A stretch of 64,000 nucleotides of DNA from Diplonema japonicum (GCA_964019335.1 OZ025669.1:496001-560000), one strand, 5' to 3'; numbered from the stretch's first letter, positions 34,132 to 44,664 are shown. The notes: generated by a model not told the origin, from the letters alone. Program-made: numbers and translations.

Positions 34132-35265
34132 TTATTCATCCTTCTGGTTTGCCATCCTATCCCAGGAATCAGGAGATCCCCAAGAAAGCACTCCCAAGGC
34201 AGGGTAATATTCTTTTTGAAGATGCGATACAAGAAGAATAGCAAAACAGCAAACACGGAAGGGGGCGGGGACGTGCATGGCGTGTGCCAAGAGATCGTCG
34301 ACCATGACCTCAACAGCGTACCTCACAAACAGCGGGCAGGGGATCAGGTTCAGAAGGTTGGACCGTTCAAAAACAGGATTCCCTCCAGAATAAGCACGCG
34401 AGGACAGCCCCCAGTTCAGGAAGATATAAGGCCGGTGCCGCATCACGAAAGACGCCATGTAGATGCTCCCCATCACAAGCTTCTCAAAATTCGTATTCCC
34501 ACAACAAAAAGCCACAACCAAGGAGGGAATAATGCATAATACCGCATAGTACCTTGCTTCCCACCTCCCGCAAGCTTCATCAGGAAACGTTTTCTCCCCT
34601 TTTACGAGTGGTACACACCACAACACCGCAACGATAATGAGCAGATATTGAAATTCTGCCACAACATCAGCTGAAATGAAAAAACCGATTCCGAGAAGGG
34701 ACAACGCGGAAGATATCATGCGACTGTTCCGAAATGCGATGGAACGAAGATAGAAAACTGCACCGTGGCGGGATAGACTGGTCACACGGCCCGTGAAGAC
34801 CCCTGCAAAGATAGTTGCCTGGAGTATAAGGTCTTTGGTTTCATCACTTATGAAGAAGACTCCCTCCGTTTCTGAGTCATGTTGGCTACGGAAATATGCA
34901 TATGCTTCTTGAACTTCCATCAAATACTCACGGTTGGGTTGGCGTCGACTGTCAGGGAAGTACGCCAGCGAAATCTTGCGATACGCCCTTTTAATCTCTT
35001 TCATTGTAGCATTCTTGCTGACGCCTAACACATTGTAGCGCTGGTCTGCGGTGTGATCGATGATGCTCTCCCACACTGGCCATACATGCCACAAACAGAA
35101 TAACGTAAGTATAGCTGTTAAACCTGCACGCACGGCGAATAGGTTATTGTGGTGCTTGCGGCCTGCTTGAACCGTGGCCTCCCACAAATTGTTTATTTTT
35201 TCTTCGTCATTCTGGCCATCGAGTTTCAATAGAGTTGCGAACCTCTCGTTAGGTGTGACGAGCAT
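34132..35265 (-). CDS. Membrane J-like protein, shorter paralogue of 31974-33772 (HPD changed to FPD)
   Basis: RYNVLGV..KRAYRKISLAYFPDS; same TM layout as the upstream paralogue; shares an identical 252-bp tract with it. Confidence 0.75.
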   Translation of the reverse strand: MLVTPNERFATLLKLDGQNDEEKINNLWEATVQAGRKHHNNLFAVRAGLTAILTLFCLWHVWPVWESIIDHTADQRYNVLGVSKNATMKEIKRAYRKISLAYFPDSRRQPNREYLMEVQEAYAYFRSQHDSETEGVFFISDETKDLILQATIFAGVFTGRVTSLSRHGAVFYLRSIAFRNSRMISSALSLLGIGFFISADVVAEFQYLLIIVAVLWCVPLVKGEKTFPDEACGRWEARYYAVLCIIPSLVVAFCCGNTNFEKLVMGSIYMASFVMRHRPYIFLNWGLSSRAYSGGNPVFERSNLLNLIPCPLFVRYAVEVMVDDLLAHAMHVPAPFRVCCFAILLVSHLQKEYYPALGVLSWGSPDSWDRMANQKDE

Positions 35266-35361
35266 CGTTCACCTCCCCCCCCCCCACCCCCCTTTTTTTT
35301 TCTTTTTCCCACTCTTGGACACATGTGTTACAAGAAATTAAATTTTTTCTTTTCGTTCTTC

Positions 35362-35571
35362 TTAACCGCAGGCTGTGCGGATCCGTGTGAACGCCTCCTG
35401 CCAACGGTCAAACTCACGCTGGCCCTCCGCTGTCAGCTTGTCGGGGAATACAGAATAGCTTTTTTTGCGGTATGCTTTTTTTACTTCTTCAAAAGTCGCG
35501 TCATCCTTAACACCCAGCACTTCATAACATTCACTCAAGTCCGTAATGGGTGTGTTCGCACAATCCGTCAT
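35362..35571 (-). CDS. Minimal stand-alone J-like domain protein (69 aa, FPD motif)
   Basis: MTDCANTPITDLSECYEVLGVKDDATFEEVKKAYRKKSYSVFPDK..FDRWQEAFTRI; ATG follows an A tract. Confidence 0.65.
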   Translation of the reverse strand: MTDCANTPITDLSECYEVLGVKDDATFEEVKKAYRKKSYSVFPDKLTAEGQREFDRWQEAFTRIRTACG

Positions 35572-35662
35572 TTTTTTTTTCTTTGGTGCCTTCCGTGAGG
35601 GGGGATACGAGGGATAACAATAGGGAAAAAAAAAAAAGAAGGTTTTTTTCCCCCCCCTTCGT

Positions 35663-36544
35663 TTATTGACCAGCTGATAGCTCGTCAACTGTCCCCCGGA
35701 GCTCACGGAGGAGATTAAGGTACTCGATCAGACTGTTTTTGATGTCTTCCTTTTCCGATTTCTCAGAGGCTTTTTCTACTTTATCGAGGTCGAAGTTGAC
35801 GAGGAGATCGAGGGCTTCAAGTTTTTCTTGGCAAGCAACCATGCCGGTCGGGGAAAGGAAGCCCGCGTCAGATTCCAAGATAGTTTTGACCGCTGGGGGG
35901 AGTGTAGGTGCTGGTGGTAGAGGAGGAGGTGTCTTTGCAGGCCGTGAAGGCCTCTTAGGCGGCTTTGGTTTTGGTTTGGGGGTTTTTGTAGACGGTGTCC
36001 GCCTTCCTGTAGCGCTCGTAGATGCTTTCGGGGCAGGCGAAGCAGTTTCACGTTTTGCACGTTTCGGTCTAGAAGCACTTGGTGGCGGCGATTTAGTATC
36101 TTTACGTTTGCTAGAATTTTTTTGCCCCGGGTTTTTCAGCCCGTACATTAGCTGCTTGCTATTTATAATCGTCAGTTGCAGGCCACCAGGATGCAGCACT
36201 TCTGACACAGTAATTTCCGTCGGCTCCGGTAGCTGCTGCTTCTCAAACAATCCCCTACACCTATCAGCCAGCTCAAGCGCAAGGTTTCTGAAAGTGTTGT
36301 TTTCAAAGTTGAAGCAGAAGCAGTTGCACCAGATCGTCCTCAGCTCGTCAACGAACTCCTGGTCTGTTTCGAGTTCACCCGCGTTCAGTTTTTCATCGAT
36401 AGTCTGAAAGCTCGTGCTGTGCCTTACCGCCCGGTAATCTATATTAGGCCACTGCACGCCTACAGGTTGCCTGAAGTCCTTGAAATTCGCGTCCTGTTTG
36501 ACAGCATTTAGAACCGCCGACCATTTTCGAGATATATTTCGCAT
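35663..36544 (-). CDS. Bromodomain protein
   Basis: FRQPV..DY..VRHSTSFQTIDEKL..EFVDELRTIWCNCFCFN bromodomain signature, then a Pro/Lys-rich linker. True start may lie upstream via a 5' intron near 36622. Confidence 0.8.
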   Translation of the reverse strand: MRNISRKWSAVLNAVKQDANFKDFRQPVGVQWPNIDYRAVRHSTSFQTIDEKLNAGELETDQEFVDELRTIWCNCFCFNFENNTFRNLALELADRCRGLFEKQQLPEPTEITVSEVLHPGGLQLTIINSKQLMYGLKNPGQKNSSKRKDTKSPPPSASRPKRAKRETASPAPKASTSATGRRTPSTKTPKPKPKPPKRPSRPAKTPPPLPPAPTLPPAVKTILESDAGFLSPTGMVACQEKLEALDLLVNFDLDKVEKASEKSEKEDIKNSLIEYLNLLRELRGTVDELSAGQ

Positions 36545-36821
36545 TCCTGGTGGATTTCCACTTTCAGGTGGAAAAACTGATCGATTTCGGGGCACAAAAA
36601 AAAATATATATATATATATATACCAAGGCCATGTTCAAAAAAAGATTTTCTGGCGATCTGAGCCCATTTTTGACCTCTAAAACCCAATTTAAGTGCTTTA
36701 AAATGCCAGTTTTGAGGAGGAGAAAAACATCGGCGTTCAGACTTTGTTAAATACCAAACACAATGGCCCTCCTCCCGATTTACGTCAATTTAAAAAAAAA
36801 TTCACAAAAAAAAAAAAAAAA

Positions 36822-36861
36822 GAGACATTTAAGGGTACCTGCGGTATGTGGCAGGACGCCT
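36822..36861. repeat. Dispersed 40-bp hairpin motif, copy 2
   Basis: gagacatttaagggtacctgcggtatgtggcaggacgcct; flanked by A tracts like copy 1. Confidence 0.85.
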
Positions 36862-37060
36862 TAAAAAAAAAATACCCCGCCCCAGTTGGTCATTGGTTTT
36901 AATTTAACCCCCCCGGGGTACCAGGAATGTACGAAAGAATTTAAAAAAAAAGAAAAAAATAAGAGAAAACCTTAAAAGGAAGAAAAGGGGCGGGAAGGGT
37001 GTTTTTATATAAACACCCCCCCCTCCTCATTTTTTATTATTATTATTATTTTTTTTTTTT

Positions 37061-37768
37061 TTACGAAATAAACGACACGCAGTTGGTTTTTCTCGGCGAC
37101 ACGATACTGGTACGAGGCGACAGCGTATCGCGAGGAGAAAGAACAGTGGGCGACAGCGCGCCCCACTCAGAGGTCGCGGTGGTGGCGATTGATGTTACAC
37201 TGACGATGGAAGTCTCGGGCAGGACTCGCAGGATGGAGGGTCCTGGTTTCCCTAAGGTGTTATTTGGCAGCATCGTAGGTCTGTACTGTGGTCTGACGGA
37301 GATTAAATTCTCCATGATATCTGTGGATATTCTCCTCAAGGGTACTTTTGTTTCCCGCTGAAGGTGTCCAGCAGAGGCGAGAATTACAAGTCCATCACCT
37401 CCACGCCGCCTGCACGCTTTTGGGTGGACTGCCGCCATCGCCACCAACCATGGCAGTTCCGGAGAAGTCGTTGGTGTTGCAGTGCTTTCATCTTGACCCA
37501 TTTTTACTCTTGCTGCAGCGTGCATGGTCTGCCTCTGTCGTCCGACCTCCTTCCTGACCCCTATGTCGCAGTTTTCTGTCAAAACCAGTGCGTTCAGGAG
37601 TTCGTCTTGCTCCTTTAACAACCCGGCCAGCTCTATATCATCACCACACACTAGGTCAATCTCCGCGTTAGTGTCGATTTCGTGCCCCCTTGCCGTCTTG
37701 TACTCTTTCTTAGGCACACCATACAGGTCCTTGCTGTACCAGTACGTGTCTTGATAGTCCGAAACCAT
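37061..37768 (-). CDS. Hypothetical protein
   Basis: Complex-composition part of the 321-aa ORF, from MVSDYQDTYWY; no family recognised. Confidence 0.5.
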   Translation of the reverse strand: MVSDYQDTYWYSKDLYGVPKKEYKTARGHEIDTNAEIDLVCGDDIELAGLLKEQDELLNALVLTENCDIGVRKEVGRQRQTMHAAARVKMGQDESTATPTTSPELPWLVAMAAVHPKACRRRGGDGLVILASAGHLQRETKVPLRRISTDIMENLISVRPQYRPTMLPNNTLGKPGPSILRVLPETSIVSVTSIATTATSEWGALSPTVLSPRDTLSPRTSIVSPRKTNCVSFIS

Positions 37769-37827
37769 GGAAATGGGCTCGGTGTGGAGACGGGAGACGG
37801 GAGAGGAGGGGTGCGCGAGAATTTCCT

Positions 37828-37864
<37 letters not shown>

Positions 37865-38547
37865 GCGAAAAAAAAAAATAATGAGAAAAAAAAAAAAAAA
37901 AAAAAAAAAAATACCGTAACAGCTTCGCCAACACAGGGGGAAATCCACTAAGGCAGGGGCGGGGAGGAGAAACCTTTTTTTTTTTACTCCCTTCTTTTTG
38001 TTCTTTCCTTTTTTTTTTTTTTTCATTTCTTCTTCTGCAAACTCATTCTAATCTAAGGCCGAACTACAGATGAGGAGCGGGAAGAAAGAAAAAAAAGAAG
38101 AGGGGAGGGGGGGGGGGGGAGGGGGGTATTGAAAAAAGTTGAAAGACTTTTAAATATTCTACGCATCCACAGGCTGAAAGAGAGAGAAAGATTTCTCCAA
38201 TTCTACCCCCCTTTTTTTCCTTCTCTTTTCTCTTTTTTTCAACCTCCCCATTCTCTATTTCTTTCATCTTATGATGCTCAGAACTAAAATAAAATAAAGA
38301 AAAACAAAAACGATTCTTCAGGAGCTTGCTCGTGCGCATTCAGTATTTTCTTAACAAAGCGTGAGTGAAAGAAGAAACCCCCCCCCCCCCCCCCCCCGTT
38401 GTGTGTGTGAGTGTTGGGATGCGCAAGGAGAAAAAAAAAAGGAAAAAAAAAAGAAGAAGAAAAAACACGGTACACAGTTTCGATAAGAACTTTCCATTCT
38501 TTTTTATGTTCTCTCTTTTTAATATTTTTCTCCCCCCCCCACCAAGA

Positions 38548-41500
38548 TTACGTAGCATTATAACCACCTCTAGCAGCTGCATTGGGGTCAACCTGTCGTA
38601 ATAAAAAATTGTTACGAAAAGAAAAAGAAAAAAAAAAAAAAAAAAAACACACCAAATCAGTCGGAATGGGTCCATAGTGCTTCGTAAGGCACTCTGTGTT
38701 CTGTGTTACCTTGCACTGCGAGCTCGCCCTAGACATAGAGCGCAATGAGGAGATGAAGAAGAGCTGGGACTTCACACCGTTAGGAGTGTGCTTGACACCC
38801 ACGTTGAAAAGCTTAGGGCTGACATAAACGCTTGACGTTGAGCTCTGTAGTAATAATAATAATAATATTTTTTTTTTTTTTAAAAAAGTTGCTGAAATAC
38901 ATACCGATACCATGATGGAGCCGTTATACGGAAAAGACGGAAATCTCCACCCAATACACTGTATCTGGTAATCAACGTTCGCTAAAATACCCTTGATGGT
39001 ATTCCGGTCATACTGCAGGGATTTAGAAAAAAAAAAAAAAAAATCCCATACCGCCATGCGGGTGATATTTAAATACTGCCCGTTTGGCTTCACAGTCTGG
39101 ATCAGCGTGTAGTCGTTCTGTCTGAGCACCTTAGGGATGTGGATCACCTTGTCGACCTCGGGTATCAAGGCAAGGTTGTGCAGAGCAACAACCCCAGAAG
39201 GCCCTGCTCCGAACACCGCGACTGTTTTACCCGTTTTCGTCAAGGATTTGCTTTGGATGTCCTTGTTAATAAAGGCGCGGAGCATGCCTGGGTTTAATGC
39301 GGTGACGAAAGGAATCTCTGTCGGTGGTGTGAAGGCGAACTCAGCAGCGTGGTGATCCGCCCCAATGGCCAGCACAACTCCATCCGTCACCCACACAGGG
39401 TCACGGTTGCCCACACGAATCGACCATACAAAGTCGGTGCTATCCTTATGTTTCGTAGAGTTCGCAAAGTACACCTTGTGCATGTCCGTGACACGCCCTG
39501 TCATCGAGATCAATCTTGATCTGATGATGTGAGTGGCTTTTAACAACGGTTCCGACAAGAACCCCAGCCTGCAGTGTTTCTTGTTGCCTTCGTATGCCAT
39601 CAACGGCTTCTTCGACTCCCCCAACGGGAAGGATTTGTAGTACTCGTAGTCGTTCATGAAGGCCAGGAAGTCCGAGCACGGGTTCATGCTCTGCACGTCG
39701 TGGTACCCTTCCAGTCGGCCGACCTTGAAACCCCTCTCGTCGATCCATAGGATCTGGCTTTCGTTCCCTTTCCACAAGTCAAGCACGCGGCCTAGGCCGT
39801 TCATTCCACTGGGTCCAGCACCCACCACAGCCCATTTCACTTGAAGACGCTCTTTCAGTTCTACCACGATGCTTGGGAAGGCGACTAGTTCATCGCCTGT
39901 GTAGTGGTTGTATGTGCATGATGACACTTCAGGGTGGTAGCACGCACACGAACAGTTGTACTTCGGCGTCACAAGGATCTCCGACGGGATGGGCAGCTTC
40001 AGAACACGGTGGCTCGAAGCGCTTTCATTAGTCGCGGAAATCCACGCGGGCATCATCGACCGCCTGCTGAGCGTGATGGCCACCGCTGTCGGAGTGATCA
40101 CCTTCACGGTGTCAGGTGTGTCGGGTTCGCCGTACGACTTGCGCAGCTGGTGCTGGATGGCATCCTCGATACTAGAAGACGTGGTGGAACTGAAGAACAC
40201 ACCAGCGTGCAGTTGAAGATCGATCTTTAAGCCACCGCTGAGGAACTTCTCCACACCGATGAATGGTACGGCCTCGGATTCAAGCTCTACATACGGAGTG
40301 ATGACATCTTCGATCACTACCTCCTCGGGGATGGGGAGGTCCTCTTCGCTGGCCTGCCCGTTCTCTTGCAGCAGCATGCCCTTCGGGACGTCTCGGAACC
40401 TGAGAACCTTCAGCCCGCACATGTTTCTGGAAATCGCCCTCGGTCCCAGTACAAAGTTCAACGTTTTTTCATCCCACCCCTTGATGATGGCATCCGAGTG
40501 CCCAGCGTCCACCGTCCCAAACGCTTGTTCCAGTAGCTTTTCTGTGTCCTTGAGAAAACTGTCAGCTATCCAGTTCCACCTGTACCCGTGTGAGGCGACA
40601 AGCGTTCCCGACCGTCCGCCATCTGCCAGCACACCGTCGTGCAAACCCTCTTGCAAGTCGCCTGCTAGCTTCACTGTCGGTCCTTGCGGCGCGTTGAAGA
40701 CAATTGAGATGTTCTGAATGACATTCGGGTACTCCTGAGGCATGGGCTTCAAGCAGACGAGCGGTAACCGAAAGTTCACAGTGTGCTTCTTGTCCGTGGG
40801 GAAATCCTTTCGGGGCCTGATGGAGAGATGAAGCATCATGCCCGTCACTTTGTTCGAAGAGATGTGTCGCGATGAGGTGACAACGTGCCACACATCGAAG
40901 TTGGGGTCGGTGGGCTTCCCGAAGTGCTCGTTGAGATGTGCAGTGAGCTGCCTGTCGCACTCGTGGGTGCTGGGGTGGTTCTTCAGGCGGTGTGCCTCGA
41001 TGTAGGGGTCGATGTCAACGGAGTTGGTGGCGAATCTGAAGCAGTTCTCTGCCGCGTTGGTCATCCCGATCCAAAGTGATGCAGTGCCAGCGGTGATATC
41101 AAGGGACAGAGCCTCCTTGCCTTTGTTGGTCTCAGCACCAATGAAAAGCCACGGCTCGCGAGATTCAAGAAGGCTTGCTGTACGTTTCTTGCACTGCTCC
41201 GTGAGCCCCGCAGGAGTTGTGGGCTTGGGTGTGGCCGCCATGGCGACAGCGGGGTGGTGCATTGTGTTGTAAATGTTCATAGGGGCGGGGACCGACATCG
41301 CCTGCATTGCTTGTTGCTGCCTTCTTTTAATGTCCTCCTGCGCGATTTCAAGATTCCGTACCTTCCCGTCAAAGCTCGTGATGTTGGTTGTGATTTCCTT
41401 CGACGACGTGGTGAGCGCTTCGATGCGCTGGCGCAGCCACTCCACCTCCTGTTCTTTCTTCATTTCTTCCTTCTTTACTTCGGAGATCTCTTTTCTAATG

Positions 41501-41706
41501 TTCTCGAGGTTGGCTTCCAGTTGTGCTTCCTTCCTTATTTGCAGGTCCTGCTTTCTCAAAACTTCTTCCTCGAACTTTCCTCTTGCCGGGTCATCGCTGT
41601 GCAGCTTGTTCCCCATCAACAACATGCTCCCCGAGTACAGCAGGAACACAATAGTCACGGCGATGATCCGCAGCGAGCCCCATCGACTGGCGCTTCGGCC
41701 AGCCAT
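38548..41706 (-). CDS. Type II membrane protein with coiled coil and C-terminal FAD/NAD(P)-binding oxidoreductase domain; in-frame introns 39013-39051, 38845-38904 (or 38910), 38593-38652
   Basis: N-terminal anchor IIAVTIVFLLY; E/K coiled coil; two Rossmann motifs WAVVGAGPSG and VAVFGAGPSG; VVLAIG. Three low-complexity GT-AG inserts read through in frame. Confidence 0.75.
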   Translation of the reverse strand: MAGRSASRWGSLRIIAVTIVFLLYSGSMLLMGNKLHSDDPARGKFEEEVLRKQDLQIRKEAQLEANLENIRKEISEVKKEEMKKEQEVEWLRQRIEALTTSSKEITTNITSFDGKVRNLEIAQEDIKRRQQQAMQAMSVPAPMNIYNTMHHPAVAMAATPKPTTPAGLTEQCKKRTASLLESREPWLFIGAETNKGKEALSLDITAGTASLWIGMTNAAENCFRFATNSVDIDPYIEAHRLKNHPSTHECDRQLTAHLNEHFGKPTDPNFDVWHVVTSSRHISSNKVTGMMLHLSIRPRKDFPTDKKHTVNFRLPLVCLKPMPQEYPNVIQNISIVFNAPQGPTVKLAGDLQEGLHDGVLADGGRSGTLVASHGYRWNWIADSFLKDTEKLLEQAFGTVDAGHSDAIIKGWDEKTLNFVLGPRAISRNMCGLKVLRFRDVPKGMLLQENGQASEEDLPIPEEVVIEDVITPYVELESEAVPFIGVEKFLSGGLKIDLQLHAGVFFSSTTSSSIEDAIQHQLRKSYGEPDTPDTVKVITPTAVAITLSRRSMMPAWISATNESASSHRVLKLPIPSEILVTPKYNCSCACYHPEVSSCTYNHYTGDELVAFPSIVVELKERLQVKWAVVGAGPSGMNGLGRVLDLWKGNESQILWIDERGFKVGRLEGYHDVQSMNPCSDFLAFMNDYEYYKSFPLGESKKPLMAYEGNKKHCRLGFLSEPLLKATHIIRSRLISMTGRVTDMHKVYFANSTKHKDSTDFVWSIRVGNRDPVWVTDGVVLAIGADHHAAEFAFTPPTEIPFVTALNPGMLRAFINKDIQSKSLTKTGKTVAVFGAGPSGVVALHNLALIPEVDKVIHIPKVLRQNDYTLIQTVKPNGQYLNITRMAVWDFFFFFSKSLQYDRNTIKGILANVDYQIQCIGWRFPSFPYNGSIMVSVCISATFLKKKKILLLLLLQSSTSSVYVSPKLFNVGVKHTPNGVKSQLFFISSLRSMSRASSQCKVTQNTECLTKHYGPIPTDLVCFFFFFFSFSFRNNFLLRQVDPNAAARGGYNAT

Positions 41707-41749
41707 AATTTTTATTCACCGCCTGTTGTTGCAACTCTTAGGAAGAGGG

Positions 41750-41783
<34 letters not shown>

Positions 41784-41894
41784 ACAAGAATGCAAATTGA
41801 GGGGGAGTGGAAGAAAGCAAGAAAATAAGGGAATATAATAAAAAAAAAAAAAAAAGAAAAGAGGAAAAAAAAAAACGAAGGGGAAGGCGTGGTG

Positions 41895-42944
41895 CTAGCA
41901 AGTACGCACGATTTCTTGCGAAAATAGTTTCACAGCAGAAGGCGCAAGACACCGCCTTGTATGGGATGCAGGGTTCGTTCGCCTAAAGGCCAACGCATCG
42001 ACTATGAACATCTTGCTTTTGGGGAGGGCAGGGGTGCATGCATCTGGAAAGACACTGCATGTGAAGAAAGCCGAGGTTTGATCCGGTTGGACAGAGACAA
42101 AACACCTGTACCTAGCATGAGAGCTAAGCGTGATCTTCAGTGTTGAGAGCAGCATGGACCGCGGTGTTGAGAGGAAACTAAGGTGCACCCAAGATCCAGA
42201 GGACTTTGCAGACTTAATAAGCTGAAGAGCTCGTATCTCGGAGGCACGAGTGGTGGACACAAATATATGGTGTATGGCAGTATTTTCACGTGCAGCCACT
42301 TGACTGAGGGCATTGTGCAGTGTGAAGGGAGTCTCGTCGGATATAAAAACAACGGGCTTCATGTTCGATGCAAGCTTGAAGACCCACTGTAATTGCTTTT
42401 TCGGGATTTTCTCAGATTTCGAAATGAGTTGCTGCCCAAGCGAGTCATCGAAATATTCTGGTGCGAGTGAATAGGAATTCTCGACCCATGAACTTGGCGG
42501 GTTGTGCTGCAGAACCAGCTTCCGACGGCGCTTCTCCTCAGCAACGTTGTCGGGGCAGTGTCTCTTGATGGCCGCCACAGATGCTTCAAAGTCGTTCTGT
42601 GGTTTTTCCAACATTTTGTCGACAAAGGTATTCTCTTGCTCAGCGGTTCCTGTCGGTGTTAGTTTCGTCAGACGGAACATCTTCCTTGCCTGTTCTATCC
42701 GTCTGCTGGCCTCTACAGGCTTGTCCATGCATTCATCTCTGCAGGTCCACACTGTTTTGGGGGGCGTGGTGTGCTGTTGTGACATTCTTCTGTGTCCAAC
42801 GATGTACTTTGTGTTGTTCAGCGTCCTCGATGCTGGAGCGCTGGCAGGGCGTTTCAGTGCCGCCGCTGCCTTAGCCAGTGAATGGGAATGCTCCAAATCC
42901 AACAGTTCTTCTCGCTGCCCGAGAAGCATTTTTAACAGTGCCAT
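41895..42944 (-). CDS. Hypothetical protein, C-terminus resembling dynein heavy chain AAA6 region
   Basis: PVVFIS...RALQLIKSAKSSGSWVHL...HARYRCFVSVQP...FP resembles the dynein D6 pattern PlIFIlS...A..lI..A...G.WV.L...H.dFRLwlts.P...FP (by-eye match). Confidence 0.5.
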   Translation of the reverse strand: MALLKMLLGQREELLDLEHSHSLAKAAAALKRPASAPASRTLNNTKYIVGHRRMSQQHTTPPKTVWTCRDECMDKPVEASRRIEQARKMFRLTKLTPTGTAEQENTFVDKMLEKPQNDFEASVAAIKRHCPDNVAEEKRRRKLVLQHNPPSSWVENSYSLAPEYFDDSLGQQLISKSEKIPKKQLQWVFKLASNMKPVVFISDETPFTLHNALSQVAARENTAIHHIFVSTTRASEIRALQLIKSAKSSGSWVHLSFLSTPRSMLLSTLKITLSSHARYRCFVSVQPDQTSAFFTCSVFPDACTPALPKSKMFIVDALAFRRTNPASHTRRCLAPSAVKLFSQEIVRTC

Positions 42945-43190
42945 TGGTTTTGTTTTTCTTTTTTTTGCGGGTGAAATGGGGGGGGGGGGGGGGGGGTAAA
43001 GCAAAGAGGGGTAAAAAAAAAAAAAACAGAAGCTAAAGTGTGTGTTAGAAACAATGAAAACAAAAAAAGCGACCTGACTGAAAAGTCAAATCTAGGCAGA
43101 AAAAAAAGGGGGGGGGTAGTTTCAACTTTATTTATCATACCCCCTTTTTTTCACAATAAATAATCTTTTTTATAAAAAAACCTAAAAGAG

Positions 43191-44664
43191 TTATTCACCA
43201 CCAGCACCTACTACGTTGCCCGCAATATTGTCGAAAAGAATATTAGTTGTGTCGATCTATTTAAGCAATTTTTTTTTTTTTTTTAAATATGTGAATACCC
43301 CTTCCGAGAGTGAATCAACAGAGACGAAGATACCCATATTTTTATTGCTGAAAATCGTATTGTGCGACATCTTACTAGGCTGACCCTGTAAAATTTAAAA
43401 AAAAAAAAATTTTTTTTTCCTCCTCCCCATTTTATCCCCCTTCTCGTACCTCGAACTTCACAGCGATACCGTTGAACGCATTGGAGTAAATCTCATTCCC
43501 CTCGATGACCCCTTTCCCCTTGGTGTTAATGTATATCCCGGAATCTTCACCGTGGTGGATCTTATTATTCCGGATGACAGGGTTCGATCCCTCTCGAATC
43601 TCGATGCCTTGGAGGGTGAAACCTTCAATATCATTGTTTTCGATGACACCCTTACCCTTGGAGAGTATGATAATTCCATTATCAGCGGAGGAGAGGATCT
43701 TGTTATTTATCAGATAAGGGTGCGTATTGTCTCCAGAAATTCCAATACAAGCCCAACCCGAGGATGCAAAAGTGCAAGAATCAACAGTAACGCATCCGGA
43801 GGTGATGAAGAGGCTGTGGTATTCATCACCCTGCTGGTTGATCATGATGTTCCGAAGGACGGGGTTTTCCGCACAACATAAAACAACATGCTCACCCGAG
43901 TACGCCAAGACAACCGACGTCCTATCAGGGCTGTCACCGATTATTTCAACAGATTTCTCGATATTCAGATATTCCACGTATGTACCAGGTTTAACCAAAA
44001 TAGTATCACCGTCCTTCGCTGCTTTCAACGCGTCGGATATACGCTGGTATTTTGAAGACCCGTTCTGCGACACGATCAACGAGGACGACGAAACAATCAG
44101 CTTCTCCAACTCGTTCAATCCGTAAAAATTCGCTTCTTTCAACAGTTCTTCCGAGGCGATGGGGTCGCAGGACAGTTTTTGAAGCGCTGTTGTTAAAGGT
44201 GACGTCGGTGGATTTTCCCGTTTGTATCTTAAATACGACAGGATCATTGGAAAATGTAAAGGATCGCGGTCAATGAAACAAGCTCCTTGCTCGTCTCGTT
44301 CAATTGTGAACTTTCCTGAGAACATTGCTTCCAACATGGAACCGGGGTCCGCCATCACGGTGTCAGAGCTTGTCTCGAATATTGTTCCGCCTATGTTGAG
44401 TACGATTTTCCGCCTTCCCATCTGGTTGACTTCTTCCACCCGTTTCTGCATTGATAGAAAACCGGATTTTTCCCGTTGAAAGCTTTCTCTCTCTGCAGCG
44501 AGCCTTGTCCTTTCTTCGCTGAGGAGTTTCATCACTTTTCCAAACCCGGTGGCGACCGCACCTAGTTCGACCTCTATGCCCGTCATGGCTTCTGTGTTGC
44601 TGCTGCCTCCCTTGCTGCTTCCATTGCGCTTTGTTGGCGATCCCAAATGGCTTTGTGGCGGCAT
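43191..44664 (-). CDS. KCTD-type BTB/POZ plus right-handed beta-helix (FBXO11/CASH-like) protein; introns 43386-43449 and 43257-43298
   Basis: IVLNIGGTIFETS, SMLEAMFSG, FIDRDP..F..IL.YLR, EANFYGL; YQRISDAL..GDTILVKPGTY; repeated NxI..GI units continue across two introns to TAA at 43191. Confidence 0.85.
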
